IMG/VR virus record: IMGVR_UViG_3300025012_000026
Span: 1-64,000 of that record
DNA: 64,000 nt
Reading direction: 5' to 3' (one strand)
Below are positions 51,452-62,209 of this stretch, one piece after another (position 1 is the stretch's first letter; every line of letters begins with the position of its first letter). The notes under the pieces were generated by a model that was not told where the DNA came from, ran no database searches, and saw only the letters and a program-made list of their open reading frames with translations. The translations under genes were made by a program, and so were the position numbers.

Positions 51452-51579
51452 TAAGATTGTGATTATTGTGGTTTGATTGTTTTACAGAGGATAAAAGTTG
51501 AGAGTAATTAACTCAATGGGCAAACTCCACCCTCCTCTGTATTTATATATTTTTATGGTTTAGGTGGAGTAAATAAAAA

Positions 51580-52746
51580 TTGGAGGATGAAAGAGATATG
51601 AGTAAGAAATATACATATGAAGAAGTTAAGAAATTTGTTAATGATTTAGGATATGAATTAATTGGTGAATACAGAAATAGTCATGAAAAAATAATCTTAA
51701 AAGATGTATTTGGTTATTATTATTCAATTAATTTAAATAATCTAAAAAACAATAAAATTCCTAGTAAATTCGGAATTGATAATCCGTATATAATTATAAA
51801 TTTAAAATTGCTGTTAATTTTAAATTTTAATGAATTTTATTTAGTTGAAGATAATGATTATTCTGGAGTTAAAAGCAAAATAATTTTAAAAGACAAATTT
51901 GGTTACTTTTATAGTGTTTCAGTGGATAGTTTACAACAAAATAAATATCCATTAAGATTCCACCCATCAAATCCTTTTAGTATTCAGAATATCAAATTAT
52001 GGCTTAATTTAAATAATAAATCATTTAAATTAGTAAGTGCTCAGTATAAAGGAAATGATAAGCTTTTGATTTTTATAGATAAAAATAGGTATTACTATAA
52101 TTGTCGTTTTGCAGACATGCAAAGAGGCAAGGTTCCAGACAGATTTAATAAAAGCAATGTATTTACGATAGACAATATAAAACTTTGGTGTAAATTAACA
52201 AATAAAGATTTTGAATTATTAAGCAATAAATTTTTAGGGAGTGGCGATTATTTAAAATGGAAATGTTTAAAATGCAATGATGAATTTGATAAAATTTGGG
52301 AAAATATTAAAGAAAATAGAGGTTGTCCAGCATGCAACAAATCTAAAGGGGAAAAGGAATGTAAAAGGGTTTTTCTTTCTAAGGGTTTTATTGAAATTAC
52401 TCAAGAAGATTATAATAAACTATTAGATATTGATAAAAATCTTAATATATATATTATCTGTCAGAAAACTTTTGAAGGTTTATTAGGGATTAGAAATGGT
52501 TTATTATCATATGATTTCTTTATACCTAAATATAACTTGCTTATTGAATACCAAGGAGAATTTCATGATGGTAATGGAAATTATTATATGAAGAAAAATC
52601 TTAAGAAGCAAAAAGAACATGACAGACGTAAGAGAGAATATAGTGAAAATAATAACATTAACTTATCAGAAATTTGGTATTGGGATTATGATAATATAGA
52701 AAATATTTTAGATAAGATTTTAGACAAAGAAGAGTTTGCGGGTTAG
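51580..52746 (+). CDS. free-standing Vsr-like (EDxHD-type) endonuclease with repeated N-terminal domains
   Basis: Three repeats of the DxxGYxYxxx...NPxxxxNIKLW unit; CPACN; SYDFFIP...LIEYQGEFH. Confidence 0.75.
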   Translation: MEDERDMSKKYTYEEVKKFVNDLGYELIGEYRNSHEKIILKDVFGYYYSINLNNLKNNKIPSKFGIDNPYIIINLKLLLILNFNEFYLVEDNDYSGVKSKIILKDKFGYFYSVSVDSLQQNKYPLRFHPSNPFSIQNIKLWLNLNNKSFKLVSAQYKGNDKLLIFIDKNRYYYNCRFADMQRGKVPDRFNKSNVFTIDNIKLWCKLTNKDFELLSNKFLGSGDYLKWKCLKCNDEFDKIWENIKENRGCPACNKSKGEKECKRVFLSKGFIEITQEDYNKLLDIDKNLNIYIICQKTFEGLLGIRNGLLSYDFFIPKYNLLIEYQGEFHDGNGNYYMKKNLKKQKEHDRRKREYSENNNINLSEIWYWDYDNIENILDKILDKEEFAG

Positions 52747-52904
52747 ATAAAAATCAATTCTATAAATCAAGAGATGATATTATCTTTATAGATTTATATC
52801 CTGATGACTTAAAGAATAATTGTGAAGGAGTGAAAGATAAATTAAGTAAAGTGTTGTCAGAATTAGAAGAGAAGCATAGTTTTTAATACAATTTCAAGTT
52901 TTTG

Positions 52905-52933
52905 TTGTATATGACCTCCTATTATCATATAAT
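52905..52933 (+). promoter_or_regulatory. sigma-A type promoter for the lipoprotein gene
   Basis: TTGTAT-17nt-TATAAT. Confidence 0.6.
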
Positions 52934-52977
52934 GAATATAACTTTAATAATTTAATAATAGGAGGTCAAAAAACAAT

Positions 52978-53469
52978 ATGAAAAAACAAATTACTATTTT
53001 ATTAATCATTACAATGCTAACTATAGGACTAAGTGGTTGCTCAAATAACAAACAAGTTTCTTTTTCTTCTATAAATCTCAAACAAGAATTTATTAAAGAA
53101 TTTACTTCATCGTTTACTGGTAGTGCAAACGATATCACAAAGTTTTCAGCAAACTTATATAATCAAGCAATGGCAGATAAGATTCCTGATAGAGAAACGT
53201 TTGAGTATAAGTACGACAATTTTTCTAAAATAAAAGCATCAAATGATAATGAAATAGATTTTAAACTTTATATCAATAGTTTTGCGAGAAATTATAAAGT
53301 ATTGTCAGCAAATGAATTTACTTTAAAAAATGCAAAAACATTACTAGATGATGGCGTATTAAGTAAAGATGATTATAATCAAGACATAGAAAAATCTAAA
53401 GTAGTTAAGGATAAATATCTACAGGAAATTAAGTCAGATATAGAAAGTATCTTAAAATATTACGAATAA
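52978..53469 (+). CDS. lipoprotein (moron-like)
   Basis: MKK, hydrophobic stretch, lipobox LSGC. Confidence 0.8.
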   Translation: MKKQITILLIITMLTIGLSGCSNNKQVSFSSINLKQEFIKEFTSSFTGSANDITKFSANLYNQAMADKIPDRETFEYKYDNFSKIKASNDNEIDFKLYINSFARNYKVLSANEFTLKNAKTLLDDGVLSKDDYNQDIEKSKVVKDKYLQEIKSDIESILKYYE

Positions 53470-53487
53470 TAAGAAGGATGTGTAATT

Positions 53488-54042
53488 ATGCAAGAAGCAA
53501 GTGTATTAACAATCGAAACTATTAGAGAAAACAATTACGATATTGAGGTATTGGATTTAACTATTAAAAATTATCTATCTCTAACAGAGAAAAAGATATT
53601 AATTGAAAAAATATTAGATATTTGTATTATTGAAGGAGATATTAAGAAAATTGATTTTACTTTAAAAGAATTTGCATATGAGTATATGTTAGTAAATTTA
53701 TATGTTGGAATTAATATTGGAACAGAAGATATTGTTGAGATTTATGATGAACTTAAAGAGAAAGGTATAATTAATAAAATTATAATCAATATCCCAGAAT
53801 CAGAAATTAGATTCATTGATAATGTTTTACAAAAAGAAATTGAGCAAATTCAATTAGTAGATAATAGTTTGGCTAGTGCGGTTAGTAAGCAATTGAGTAA
53901 ACTTGTAGAAAAACTTCCTGATAGCAATGAAATAAATAAAATGATTCCTAAATTAAGTAAGCAGATAAATAAAATATCTCCTGATTCATTTAAATTTCTA
54001 ACTGATGCTATAGGTTGGAGTAAAGGGAATAAAGATGCCTGA
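53488..54042 (+). CDS. tail-region protein (possible tail assembly chaperone)
   Basis: Position two genes before the tape measure gene. Confidence 0.55.
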   Translation: MQEASVLTIETIRENNYDIEVLDLTIKNYLSLTEKKILIEKILDICIIEGDIKKIDFTLKEFAYEYMLVNLYVGINIGTEDIVEIYDELKEKGIINKIIINIPESEIRFIDNVLQKEIEQIQLVDNSLASAVSKQLSKLVEKLPDSNEINKMIPKLSKQINKISPDSFKFLTDAIGWSKGNKDA

Positions 54043-54517
54043 CTTTAAAGATTTAAATTCTTTGTTTTCTCATATTAAAAAGAATGTTGCAAATGCTATG
54101 CAAGATGATATGGCAAGAAGTGTAAGAGATACTGTTCAAAAGTATCTCTTATCTACTGTTTATGCGAATGAGCACACAATGTACATTAGATCATTTGAAG
54201 TTTTGCGAGCCTTGACTATAGGAAAGGTTTCTGTAATTGGTGATGAAATATCAGTTAAAATTTATATAGACGCTGATAAAATCATACCTAGAGATGGCCC
54301 AGAAGGTATGTGGGGTATTCATCAATCGTTTGATGGAAGTCCATATAATGAACAACTACCATTTACATTAGAATATGGTAATCAAAAATTCAATCCTTAT
54401 TATAATACTCCAGCTTTTGAGTATATGAAATTAACAGTAGAAGAAATGAAGCAAACAAAAGAGCATATGATTAGATTAAAGGGATATTTAAGAACAAAAG
54501 GAATAAAAACACATTAA
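54035..54517 (+). CDS. tail-region hypothetical protein
   Basis: Overlaps the previous stop; directly before the tape measure gene. Confidence 0.6.
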   Translation: MPDFKDLNSLFSHIKKNVANAMQDDMARSVRDTVQKYLLSTVYANEHTMYIRSFEVLRALTIGKVSVIGDEISVKIYIDADKIIPRDGPEGMWGIHQSFDGSPYNEQLPFTLEYGNQKFNPYYNTPAFEYMKLTVEEMKQTKEHMIRLKGYLRTKGIKTH

Positions 54518-54595
54518 TTATATGAATCTAAACTCCCTACTCTTTGAAGGTAGGGTATTTTCATGCCCTAAATTATAAAAGAGAGGTGGATTAAT

Positions 54596-55680
54596 TTGGA
54601 TGACTTAAATATATTAATCAAAGCGAAACTTTCATCAACAAAAAAAGAAATTGAAGATCAAATAGTTTCACTAAACGCAAAAATTACAAAAGCTATTTCT
54701 GTAAAATTAAAAATTGATGCTTCTGGATTAAATAGCGTTACTACTGCAATTAATAAAGTAAAACAAACAGCACAACAAGCCAGTAATCAAAAAATTGATG
54801 TATTTAATAGAAAACAACTAGAAGCTGACGGAAGACAATTTTTTATGTCTTCTTCCAATATAGTTGAAAGAGTTAAAAAAGAGTTTAAATCTCTTGGAAC
54901 AGTTGATGTGAATTTTTTAAAGAATTCTCAAAAAGATATAATTGGTTTTACAGCAAATGTAACAAAGGCAAATGGAGTTGTTGAGAAACTAAAATTCGAT
55001 ATAGCAAGAATACAATCTGGAAATAGCGTACAAAGAGGTTATGTTTTTAGTGGTGCAAATTTAATTGATAATAATGCCGGATCAAATATACAATCTGCAT
55101 TGAACAAACTTCAAGTTTATGAAAACAAAATTGCAAAATTAAGAGTTGGATTTACCTCTCCCGCAACTGGTATAAAAGATGCAGAAAATCTGTCTGCATT
55201 AACTGCTCAATATAATAGGATTAAGTCAACCATTGACCAAGTAAGAGCAAGCAATACGAGTTTATCTAACGAACAAAGAAGAGGAATAATCCAAAATATT
55301 AGCAACTTAGAATTGCAAATATCAAGATATAGAGATTTACAACGTGTCATGGCAACAACAAATACTAGAACTTTAAGTGCTAATGATATTTCATTATATC
55401 AAGGGAATATGGCAAATAGATTAGCTAGTTTACAAGTTGGTAAAGAAACTATTTTTGCACGACCAGAAATCCAAGCACAAGTAGCAAGATTAACAGCAGA
55501 TGTGGCTAGATTTGGTACAGTTGGTGGAAGGTCGGTTAGAGAGTTAAATTTACAATTTGCTCAATTAACAACGTCTGTAAGAAGTGCTACAGCAGAAATT
55601 ACAAGGATAAATGGTGCTGCCGATAGTTTTTTGACAACGCTTACAAAAAATTTCGGTAAGATGCTTGCGTGGGGTTTGGT
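54596..55680 (+). CDS. tail tape measure protein, exon 1
   Basis: GAGGTG RBS with TTG; helical; ends KMLAWGL-V. Confidence 0.85.
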
Positions 55681-55999
55681 GGAAATTAAACTGCCGTTTG
55701 TAGTGAAAGTGATAATGTAACTACAAATCATGAGAGGGGAAATTCGAAAGAGGGTCATTGACCTAGTATCGAGAGGGCTTGTATCACAAGTCTTTGTAAC
55801 GCATAGGGATTGAGCAATATGATAGCAAAAATATCCCCAAGAGTCTCCTCCTTCTTATCACCTTTGTTTTATAAAAACAATGCGAAGAAAATATATGCTA
55901 AACTGGTCTGAATCGACAGACGTATCGTTTTGAAAATATAAACGTATGAAGGCAACTTCCAGAACATAGGGATAAAAAGCCTTATGGATAATAACATTG
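55681..55999 (+). ncRNA. group I intron (319 nt, no ORF) in the tape measure gene
   Basis: Exon ends U55680 (P1 TGGT/GCCG); P7 GCATA 55801-55805 with TATGC 55894-55898; terminal G55999; splicing gives in-frame WGLVATAMYAPLR. Confidence 0.85.
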
Positions 56000-58900
56000 A
56001 GCTACCGCAATGTACGCGCCACTCAGGTCTTTGCAGGCTGGTCTGACCACATTAAAAGAATTAGATGGATTAATGGTAAATATTGCCAAGGTAACTAATC
56101 TTAGTGCTGAAGCTATGGACAATTTAAAAAATAGTGCCTTTGAAGCGTCGAATGCTTTTGGACGTACTGCGCAAGACTATTTAAAATCAATCGGTGAATT
56201 TAGTCGTGCTGGATATGAAGGAAAATCAGCAGATTTAGCTAAAATTTCTTTATTATCACAAAACGTTGGTGAATTAACAGCAGAACAAGCCAATAGTTTT
56301 TTACTTGCCACGGATGCTGCTTATAAATATAAGGGTAGTCAAGAAGAATTAATGAAAGTTCTTGATGGCGTAAATACTATTGATAACAAGTTCGCAACTT
56401 CAATTCAAAAGGTTTCTGAAGGTATAACCGTGGCTGGATCTATATCTTCAAACGCATCAGTTGGAGTAAATGAACTAGCTTCAGCAGTTGGAGTTATGAC
56501 TGCGGTGACACAACGTTCGGGAAATGAGGCTGGACGGGCATTTCGCAGTATTTTGATGAACATCAGACAAATTAAGGGAGAAACTGAAGACGGAGAAATA
56601 ATAGACGATGCTGCATTATCTAAATCAGCAGAAGCATTAGATAATGTTGGTATTAAAGTTCATGAATTGCGAAATGGTGTTGAAGAGATAAGAAATCCAA
56701 TGGAAGTTCTTAAAGAATTATCTACCATTTGGGGTTCACTCAGTTCCATGAAAACTGCTCCAATTATAGATTCTTTGGGTGGAAAATTTAGAGGAAACCA
56801 GTTAGTGGCTCTAGTAGAAAATTTTGATATGTATGAAAAAATGCTTTCTGAATACTCTACTGCTTCCGGTTCGGCTATGACTGAGAATGAAGTGAGAATG
56901 GGCAGTTGGGAAACCAAGATTAATCAGCTCAGAAATGCAATAAATAATTTCTGGAATAATACTATTGACACAGGTTTTGTTAAAAGTATGATAGGTGGAA
57001 TAACTCTATTAATAAACAACTTTGGTAATCTGAAAACTATTTTAGGATTAATATTTACCTTACTTGCAGTAAATAAAGGTACTGCTTTCTTAACATTCTT
57101 AAAGAACTTATCTTTATCTACTATGCTATTAAATTCTAGTCTAGTTCAAACACAAGCTAGATTAGCAGGAATGTCCTTCGCTCAAATCGGAGTAATGGGT
57201 ACAACTACAGCATTAACTTTTGCAATTAAAGGTTTATGGGCTACTATGCTTGCTAATCCAATTGGTTTAGTTGTAGGTGCTGTTACTGCTGTCATAGTGG
57301 CATTTGATTTTATGGGAGCCAGAGCAGAAAGTTCTGCAAAAAAACAAAAAGAAGCATTTGATGAACTTAATAGAAGCATTAGTTCTCTTAAGCAACAAAC
57401 AGCAGAAAGTAAGAATTTAGCAAACCAATATGAATCTTTATCTGCTATTACATCTCGTAATAGCAATGAGGAGGCTAAATTAGCCGAAGTTAAAGATCGT
57501 TTAATTGCTCAATTTCCTGATCTAATTGAAGGATACGATGCTGAAGGTCGCTCAATAATAGGTTCATCAGAAGCAATTAAACAAGCAATCAAAGAAAATG
57601 AAGAATTATTGGCGATTAAACAAGAACAAATGTCTAATACATTTGTTACTGATGGTTCAAATAATTTCTCTCAATTACAAAAAGATCAAGAAAGATTGGA
57701 TTTATTAACTCAGCATAAAAAAGAATATTTAAAGACGATTGATGATATTAATAATGGAAACCAAGTTAAATTTGATGAATATGGAAATGATTCATTAGTA
57801 ATTGCTAAAAATAATTTAAAAGGTATAAAAGACGAATTATCTACGCTTAGTACAAAAATCCTTGAAAGTAGAAAAGATTTATCAGTTTTAACAGATTCGT
57901 TTTTAAAAAGTGGCGATTCTGCACAATCTTTAGGTAAAGAAGTAGTTACAAAATTAATCTATGATTTGAGTAAACTTAAAGACGAAAGTAAAATTACAGG
58001 TGAAGAGTTTACTAAAATATTCGATGGTCTTAAAAGTTCTGATTTTTCTTCTGAATTAAGCAAAGCAAAAACAGAATTAGAAGAATTAGCAAAAAGTGGG
58101 GCAAGCAAAGATGTAATTGGTAACACTTACGAAAAAGCAATTTCTGATTTGTCTCCATATTTAAAAGCATTAGGAATTAATGGAGAAGAAGCAGGGAAAA
58201 TATTAAAAGATATGCTCAATCTCCCCAATGCCACAGAAACATCTAATAAAATAAATACTGTAACTACATCCCTCAAATCACTCCAAAAAACTCTCTCTGA
58301 TTCTTCATCTGCAATTACCGAAATTCAATCTGCTCTCGATGAATACGCAGAGAATAAAGCTTTTTCGCTTGACACTCTAGTAGCACTTGGCGATAAACAT
58401 GAAAGCCTAATAGGAATCCTTGGCGACGAAAAAGCTGTTCATCAAGAATTAACAAACATTATAGAACAAGAGCAAGAAAAAGCCAGACAAGCATATATTA
58501 CCATGCTTAATGATAGTGAAGATTTCTATAATAAAAATATTGAAGGTATACAAAAGTTTGTTGCTGGACTAGATGGTGCTCGTGAAGTCGATCTATCTGG
58601 AGCAAAATCATTAGCTGAAGCAAAATTAAAAGTTGAAAATGAGTTGATGAAAAATTTAGCCGGAATGTGGTCGCAATATTACGATGCACAAGGTAATATG
58701 ACCAATGCTAATATTATTGATGGCGGTAGAACTATTGTAGGCCAAGACGGTAAAGAAACCTATATTACTCCTGAAATGAGATCACAACTTAAGGCGTATT
58801 ATGATGCTTCTTCGGCAGTTAAGAAGAAATTTGATGACATTGCAATGAGTGGAACAAAAAGCATTGATTTTTCTAAACTTGGCATGTCTAAAAGCGACAA

Positions 58901-60839
58901 TAAGAAAGACAAAGAAAAACCCCAAATCGAATCCACAACAGAAGCCCTCATCAATCAAATCCAACAAGAATATCTCCTTCAAAAAGCCAAATCGGATTCA
59001 ATCCAAAAAGACCTCTCTCAAGCACAATCCCAAAAAGACTACCAAAAAACTCTCTCCCTAACTAATTCCCTAATTTCCTCACAAGCTCAAGAATTATCCC
59101 TTCTTAACACAGCTCGTTCCAAAATAAACCAAGCAAAAGATTCTGCTATATCATCTGCATCCTCTCAATTTGGAGATGTTAGTGAAAGATGGTTTACTGG
59201 AAATGACAATCAAGAAAGCGTTGCATATATTGAAGAACATAATAAAGCATCAGAAAAAACTCGTGAGATAATGGATGAGACTTTTAAATCACTTCAATTA
59301 CTTCGTAATGCTTGGATGTCTAATAAATCTGCTATGGATGAAAATGCAGAATCACAAAAAGTTCTTCAATCCACCCTCCCCGACATAAACTACTCCATCG
59401 TAACAGACCAAATATCCAAGTTTAATTCCTCCATAGACTCTCTAAATTCTCAACTTGACCTATCTAAAGCTAGAATGTCTCTTCTGGAAAATACTTCATC
59501 AGATTACAGTAAAGAATTATCTCTCCAAACATCTCTTTACAAACAATTATCTGATGAACAATTAAAATCAATTGCTTATATGACTCAACAATTAGCAAGT
59601 GATAATTTATCTATTGAGGCAAAAAAAGAACTTTCAAAATCAATAGAAGAAGCAACTCTGTCTCAGCTAAATTATCAAAAAGCAATTCAAGATTCAGCAA
59701 AACAACTCGCTACAGATGTAATCGAAGCTCAAAAAGCACTAGAACAAGCAGAGTTAGATGCAGAAGAAGAAATCCTGAAAGCATACATCAAACGTAGAGA
59801 AGAAAAAATAAAAGGTATTCAAGAAGAGATTGATGCTCTAGAAAAGAAAAATGAAAAAGAAGAAGAATCGGAAGAAAGAGCAAAGCGTCTCTTAGATATC
59901 GAAGAAAAAAAACAAAAACTTAATAATGTCTTAAATGAGGAAAATACTAGAATTCTTGTAGGTGATACTTGGACTTGGCAAGCAAACCCGAATGATGTAA
60001 AGTCTGCACAGGATGATCTAAAATCTGCTCAAGAAGACTATCTAGACTGGGAAGATGATGTCAACCTAAAACATCAAAGAGCGACTCTTCAAGCAGAAAT
60101 AGATTATCAACAATCACTAATCGACACAAAACAAGCATCATTCGATGCTCAAAAACTCCAATTTGATGAACAATGGGTAAATTTAGATGCAATGTCAACT
60201 CAATTATTAGAACAATATGAAAACAACGTTGATTCTGTAGTTGCAATTTTAAGTGAAAAATTAGTATCACTAAATGCTCAATTAGCAGAAATTGTAAATG
60301 CATCTACTTCTCTTCCAGATAGTTTATCAGGCGGTAGTAATAGTGGAAGTTCAGGTTCATCTGGTTCTTCATCTTCAAATGAAAATGATTTTAATGTAAC
60401 AAAAAGAGGTAGTTATAATCCTGATACTGGTAATTATTCTATAACAGATGAAGATGGAAATACTCACAATGGAAATGGTTCGTTAGAAGATTATGAGAAT
60501 GATTTTGACAGGTATCATGATGGTGGCTGGGTTGGTGATAAACCTAAAAATTTAAAATTAAATGAAATTCCAGCTATTCTTCAAAAAGGTGAATTTGTTT
60601 TAAGTGAAAAAATGCTTAGTGGTTTACCTAATTTTATGGATATTACAAAAAATTATATGAATAATATTAAATTGCCTCAAATGCCTAATTTCATTAATAA
60701 TGTGAGTAATGTTAATAAAAGTGGCAGTAATGGAGGGAATATTATTATTCAAAATCAAACAATAATTACGCCTAATGTCGATAATTTTAAATCACAAATG
60801 TCTAGTTTAATGAGAATGACAAAAACTCAGGATTTTTAA
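56000..60839 (+). CDS. tail tape measure protein, exon 2 (spliced product ~1974 aa)
   Basis: TP901-type tape measure core (ELDGLMVNIAKVT, FGRTAQDYL, GNEAGRAFRSI); long coiled coils; RYHDGGWVG. Confidence 0.92.
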
Positions 60840-61008
60840 TATCTCTCCTTTTTTATGCAATTAAATAAGTTATTTTACAATCGTGTGCGGAACTCCCACT
60901 CTTTTAGGTGTGGGAGTTCCAGTTTGGGTTCAAGAAAAGAAAAAACAAAGTTTATTTAAAAATTTGAAACAAGAGAAAAGATTAACAAAAGACAGGAGGT
61001 GGATGGGA

Positions 61009-62190
61009 TTGGGTTTATATTCCCCAAATTATTTATCCCCAAGTAACCAAACAGTCGATGCTTTAGATATTATAGATTTTTCTTGCAAAATACAAGGAAG
61101 TTACATAGATTTCTATCAACTTAAAATCTATTCAATGTCAAATGCTCTCATATTTGATTCTTCTAAAATATCGCTAGGAAGTAATTTATTATACCAAGAT
61201 GATGTTTTGACATATTCATTAGATGCTTCAACTCTGACAAATGGGAATCAATATTTCTTTACATTTACTGTATTCCAAAGTACATTATCAGCAACTTCAA
61301 GACAAACACCATTTTATTGTTTTTCAACCCCAATTCTAACGATGACAATTCCTGCTGAAATTACATCAAAGAAATATTCGTTCGTAGCTACATACTTTCA
61401 AACAGAATATATTTCTACCAATTATTTTTATATGGTTTTCTTAAATTCTGATGATGAAGTTATATTAACAACTCCAAATAGTTATTCGGGAGCACTCCAA
61501 TATGAGTTTGATGGATTTATCAATAATACGATTTATAAAGTTTATACAGTCGTAGTAAATCAACAAAACGTTATGACTCAAAGTATAACTTATACTTTCA
61601 CTGTAAACTACGCACTACCATCCCTAACAACAATTCCTACAGCTACTCTCCTACCAGACTTATCAGCCACTAAGATTAATTGGAGTCCTGTTGTTCAAGT
61701 CACAGGCTCTATTACAGGTACAAGTGAATATATATCTGGGTTATTTACTCCAACAAACACAGGATTAAAATTAGATACTGGTTGGGATAGCGCAGATACA
61801 GTTGATGACACAATAACATTTGATGATACAGCAACTTATGATTTAAATTATGGTGGAGCAATTTTATTTAATGATTTATTTGGAAAAGTTTCAGAAAACT
61901 ATGTAGAATTTGAAGTTGATATTCCATTAGAATCTACTTCTCAAGTTGTATATATTCCCAATTTAGATTTTGCAGGTGGTAAAATGGTTCGTCAGGAAAA
62001 TTCTATAACTGGTGATTTTTATGAAGTTGGATATAATCCAGAAATTGGATGCTATTATTATAATTCTAATAATTTTATTGTAAATGGCGCTCCAAAAGAA
62101 TTTATTTATAGTCCAATTTTAATAGCAATTAAAGGAATTGAGGTTTTAATAATATCAAATAATGTGATTTATGAGCAATTACATCCATAA
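61009..62190 (+). CDS. distal tail/baseplate protein
   Basis: GGAGG 60995-60999 then TTG 61009; beta-rich, FN3-like. Confidence 0.6.
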   Translation: MGLYSPNYLSPSNQTVDALDIIDFSCKIQGSYIDFYQLKIYSMSNALIFDSSKISLGSNLLYQDDVLTYSLDASTLTNGNQYFFTFTVFQSTLSATSRQTPFYCFSTPILTMTIPAEITSKKYSFVATYFQTEYISTNYFYMVFLNSDDEVILTTPNSYSGALQYEFDGFINNTIYKVYTVVVNQQNVMTQSITYTFTVNYALPSLTTIPTATLLPDLSATKINWSPVVQVTGSITGTSEYISGLFTPTNTGLKLDTGWDSADTVDDTITFDDTATYDLNYGGAILFNDLFGKVSENYVEFEVDIPLESTSQVVYIPNLDFAGGKMVRQENSITGDFYEVGYNPEIGCYYYNSNNFIVNGAPKEFIYSPILIAIKGIEVLIISNNVIYEQLHP

Positions 62191-62209
62191 TTAGAAAGAT
62201 GGTGAATAA

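Noticed and set aside
54022-54028. AAAGGGA heptamer as a tail-chaperone programmed -1 frameshift
   Set aside because: It lies in the AAA GGG A phase rather than X XXY YYZ, and the next ORF is in the +1 frame with its own ATG
60883-61008. Track N-terminal extension of the distal tail gene
   Set aside because: A strong GGAGG at 60995-60999 indicates TTG 61009; the upstream part is intergenic-like
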